From Terriglobus sp. (lineage in GTDB: Bacteria > Acidobacteriota > Terriglobia > Terriglobales > Acidobacteriaceae), in assembly GCF_965201105.1 (NCBI RefSeq), contig NZ_OZ241741.1, forward strand, positions 2,577,605-2,641,604: a stretch of DNA of 64,000 nucleotides, read 5' to 3'. Of this stretch, positions 61,554-64,000 are shown piece after piece. Below the pieces are notes generated by a model. The model ran no database searches, was not told the origin of the DNA, and worked only from the letters and a program-made list of their open reading frames with translations. Both the position numbers and the translations under genes were made by a program. Position 1 is the stretch's first letter; every line of letters starts with the position of its first letter.

Positions 61554-61567
61554 TACTATTCCTACTA

Positions 61568-61608
61568 CACACAAAAGCGTGGTCGCCAAAGCAGAGGCGG
61601 CCACGCTG
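61568..61608 (-). terminator. Hairpin plus U-tract after rpsB (terminator/attenuator)
   Basis: The minus strand reads AGCGTGGCCGCC-TCTGCTTT-GGCGACCACGCT followed by TTTTGTGTGT, 22 nt after the rpsB stop. Confidence 0.6.
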
Positions 61609-61629
61609 GTGTAAACGTCTGCTGCCTGA

Positions 61630-62577
61630 CTAGGCGGTTGCTTCCGCCGTGGCAGCTTCGGGCTCGACCTCGGACTCAGCCACCGTGCCGGTCGAGGGCA
61701 CGATTGGCTTGATGCCGCCGCCGAGCGCCGCCTCGAGATCGACCGTCTCTTCCTCGGCCTGCTCCTGCTGCGTGGTCGCAAACGGGTTCGACTCCTGGAC
61801 CTCGCCGCCCTCTTCGTCTTCCAAACCGACGAAGTGTGACTCGGTTTGTATCGGGGTCACATCGGCATATTCGTTCGCGATCGACTTGTCGCCGATCATC
61901 TGAACACCCTCGAACGCCGAATCGGCGATTTTGGTGGTGAACAGGCGAATGGCGCGAAGCGCGTCGTCGTTGCCGGGAATCACGTAATCGACCACGGTCG
62001 GATCGCAATTCGTATCGACCACGGCGACGACCGGGATGCCGAGCTTCCGGGCCTCGGAAACGGCGATGGCTTCGTTGTTCGAGTCAACGACAAAGATCGC
62101 GTCCGGCAGGCGACGCATGTTCTTGATGCCGGCCAGGTTCGTGTTCAGGTGCTTGCGCTCGCGCTCAAGCTTGATCACTTCCTTCTTTGTCATCAGGTCA
62201 AAGCGACCGTCCACAGCCATCTCATCGAGCTCGGCCAAGCGCTTGACCGACTTCTGGCAGGTGACCCAATTGGTCAGCAAGCCGCCGAGCCAGCGGGAGT
62301 TGATGTACGGCATACCCGCGCGATTGGCCTCTTCGGCGACTGCGTCCTGCGCCTGACGCTTGGTGCCGACAAACAGTATGGTCTTGCCGGTGGAGGTCAG
62401 GTCCGTGACAAACTTCGACGCTTCCTTGAACATCTTCAGCGTCTTCTGCAGGTCGATGATGTAAATGCCGTTGCGCTCGCCGAAGATGTACTCCTTCATC
62501 TTCGGGTTCCAACGCTTGGTCTGGTGGCCGAAGTGAACGCCGGCTTCCAGCAACTCCTTCATTGTGATCGATGCCAT
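61630..62577 (-). CDS. rpsB: 30S ribosomal protein S2 (with acidic C-terminal extension)
   Basis: [27 protein letters not shown].... 315 aa, with an extra Glu/Ala/Thr-rich tail. Confidence 0.95.
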   Translation of the reverse strand: MASITMKELLEAGVHFGHQTKRWNPKMKEYIFGERNGIYIIDLQKTLKMFKEASKFVTDLTSTGKTILFVGTKRQAQDAVAEEANRAGMPYINSRWLGGLLTNWVTCQKSVKRLAELDEMAVDGRFDLMTKKEVIKLERERKHLNTNLAGIKNMRRLPDAIFVVDSNNEAIAVSEARKLGIPVVAVVDTNCDPTVVDYVIPGNDDALRAIRLFTTKIADSAFEGVQMIGDKSIANEYADVTPIQTESHFVGLEDEEGGEVQESNPFATTQQEQAEEETVDLEAALGGGIKPIVPSTGTVAESEVEPEAATAEATA

Positions 62578-62734
62578 TGCGGCTCCTTTTGTGCGGCATC
62601 CTGACGGATCAGGTCAGGATTAGTCCCGTTCGTCTGGGAGATTGAACCCCTAGAGTTTGATACTGTGCAGCGGCTGTCATGCCGTCGAGCCCACCGCAAT
62701 GGTTTCGATCGCTTCTGAGCGCTCGTGCCGCACA

Positions 62735-62800
62735 GAAGCGGATCCTTCGTTTCGCTCAGGATGACACCCGTGTAAATGGATGAGCATCCTGAGCGGAGAG
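62735..62800. repeat. Inverted pair of family A repeat arms
   Basis: AGAAGCGGATCCTTCGTTTCGCTCAGGATGAC (rc of family A), then GAGCATCCTGAGCGGAGAG. CGCTCAGGATG and CATCCTGAGCG form an 11-bp inverted repeat about 20 nt apart. Confidence 0.7.
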
Positions 62801-62813
62801 ACACAGCAGGCGA

Positions 62814-63209
62814 CTAGCGCTTGGAGAACTGGAAGCGCTTACGGGCGCCCTTCTGACCGTACTTCTTACGCTCCTTGATGCGGGCGTCGCGGGTCAGCAG
62901 GCCGTCGGCTTTCAGGGTCTTGCGCAGCTCCGGGTTGAACTCGAGCAGGGCGCGGGCAATGCCCATCTTGACCGCGTCGGACTGGGCAGTGACGCCGCCG
63001 CCGCGCACGGTCGTGATTACGTCGAACTCACCGGTGACGCCAGCCGTCTCCAGGGTCTTGCGGGCGGCGGCGCGCTGCTGCTCCGTGACAAAATAAACGT
63101 TGAGTTCCTTGGTGTTGACGGTGAAATTGCCGCTGCCGGGGCGCAGAAACACGCGCGCGATTGCCGACTTGCGACGGCCCGTTCCGTAGTACTGAACCTG
63201 ATCTGCCAT
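62814..63209 (-). CDS. rpsI: 30S ribosomal protein S9
   Basis: ATG at 63209. [22 protein letters not shown]...[17 protein letters not shown]. Confidence 0.95.
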   Translation of the reverse strand: MADQVQYYGTGRRKSAIARVFLRPGSGNFTVNTKELNVYFVTEQQRAAARKTLETAGVTGEFDVITTVRGGGVTAQSDAVKMGIARALLEFNPELRKTLKADGLLTRDARIKERKKYGQKGARKRFQFSKR

Positions 63210-63306
63210 TCTTTTCCTCCGGGGCGAAAGCCCCGATTCTTGAGCCTGTGAGACGTCGGCTGAACCCACGCCTCTGGTGCGCGCCGCTTCGCAGCGCAAA
63301 TCCTGA

Positions 63307-63744
63307 CTACACGGCGTCAAACGCGAGCGCCTGCGGCTGCTGCGCGTCGTGCGGGTGCTTATCGCCCTTGTACACCTTTAGCTTGGTCGCCATCTGGCGG
63401 CCCAGGCGGCTCTTGGGCAGCATGCCCTTGATCGCCTCTTCCAGAATCGCTTCCGGCTTGCGCGCCAGCAGCTTGGTGAACTCTTCCTCGCGCAGGCCGC
63501 CCGGGAACCCGGTGTAGCGGCGGTACACCTTCTGCTGCGACTTCAGGCCGGTCAGATTGATCTTCTCGGCATTGACGATGACGACGTGGTCGCCAGTGTC
63601 AATGTACGGGGTGTACTGCGGGTTGTTCTTGCCCGTGAGCACGCGCGCGGCGTTGCTGGCCAGCCGCCCCAGGGTCTGGCCCGTGGCATCGACCACAAAC
63701 CACTTGCGATTCAGGTTCTTAGAACTCGGCACAAACGTCGACAT
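63307..63744 (-). CDS. rplM: 50S ribosomal protein L13
   Basis: ...[18 protein letters not shown]..., [11 protein letters not shown] and [10 protein letters not shown]. Confidence 0.95.
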   Translation of the reverse strand: MSTFVPSSKNLNRKWFVVDATGQTLGRLASNAARVLTGKNNPQYTPYIDTGDHVVIVNAEKINLTGLKSQQKVYRRYTGFPGGLREEEFTKLLARKPEAILEEAIKGMLPKSRLGRQMATKLKVYKGDKHPHDAQQPQALAFDAV

Positions 63745-64000
63745 CGCTCTACTCCACTTCCTGCTACTGCTCAGAATCCGTGCGCGTCACACAACCGTTG
63801 CCGGCCATGCCTCTTGGATGGAGACCTGTGCGATTTCCGTCTGTCCACCGTGCGAGCCGCAGCGTACGCCGCAAAGCTGCCCTGAAGGACCGTATCCCGG
63901 CGGCCCAACTCTGGCCCGCCCCGGTAATCCCGCATTTCAACCACACCGCCCATGCCACCACCCCAAGCGCGACACAGCACAGGGCAGCAGACACGGGTCT

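Overview
High-GC (about 60-65% by hand counts) chromosomal window, almost entirely housekeeping. Gene content, synteny and interspersed repeats suggest an Acidobacteriota (Acidobacteriaceae-like) genome; that assignment is inference only. Content, left to right: a TonB-family protein and outer-membrane beta-barrel proteins; a LysR regulator facing a 15-kb co-directional branched-chain amino-acid supercluster (leuA-leuB-leuC-leuD-ilvD-ilvB-ilvN-ilvC); an orphan cNMP-domain histidine kinase; topA-dprA; mqnA; fabH; an SRP RNA that the ORF track cannot show; rimO; yacG; pgpA; cinA; plsY-gpsA-ftsY; ribD-ribE; tdk; pgi; a DEAD-box helicase; a GMC dehydrogenase pair; rtcB; and tsf-rpsB and rpsI-rplM. 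I saw no CRISPR array, integrase, transposase, rRNA or tRNA. The main unusual signals are these. (1) Three separate patches of about 50% G+C carry nuclease-like ORFs wedged into very tight junctions of conserved operons: ilvD/next gene, rimO/yacG and rpsB/tsf. The first is flanked by a 15-bp duplication that regenerates a GTGA stop/start overlap on both sides. (2) Three families of short interspersed repeats are present. One is a 59-nt hairpin element whose stem covaries between copies. Two families sit together, in frame, inside leuC, where they add about 59 codons. (3) In the BCAA supercluster every biosynthetic gene alternates with a translationally coupled non-BCAA gene. Many long ORFs in the track are antisense artefacts of high GC and are rejected.
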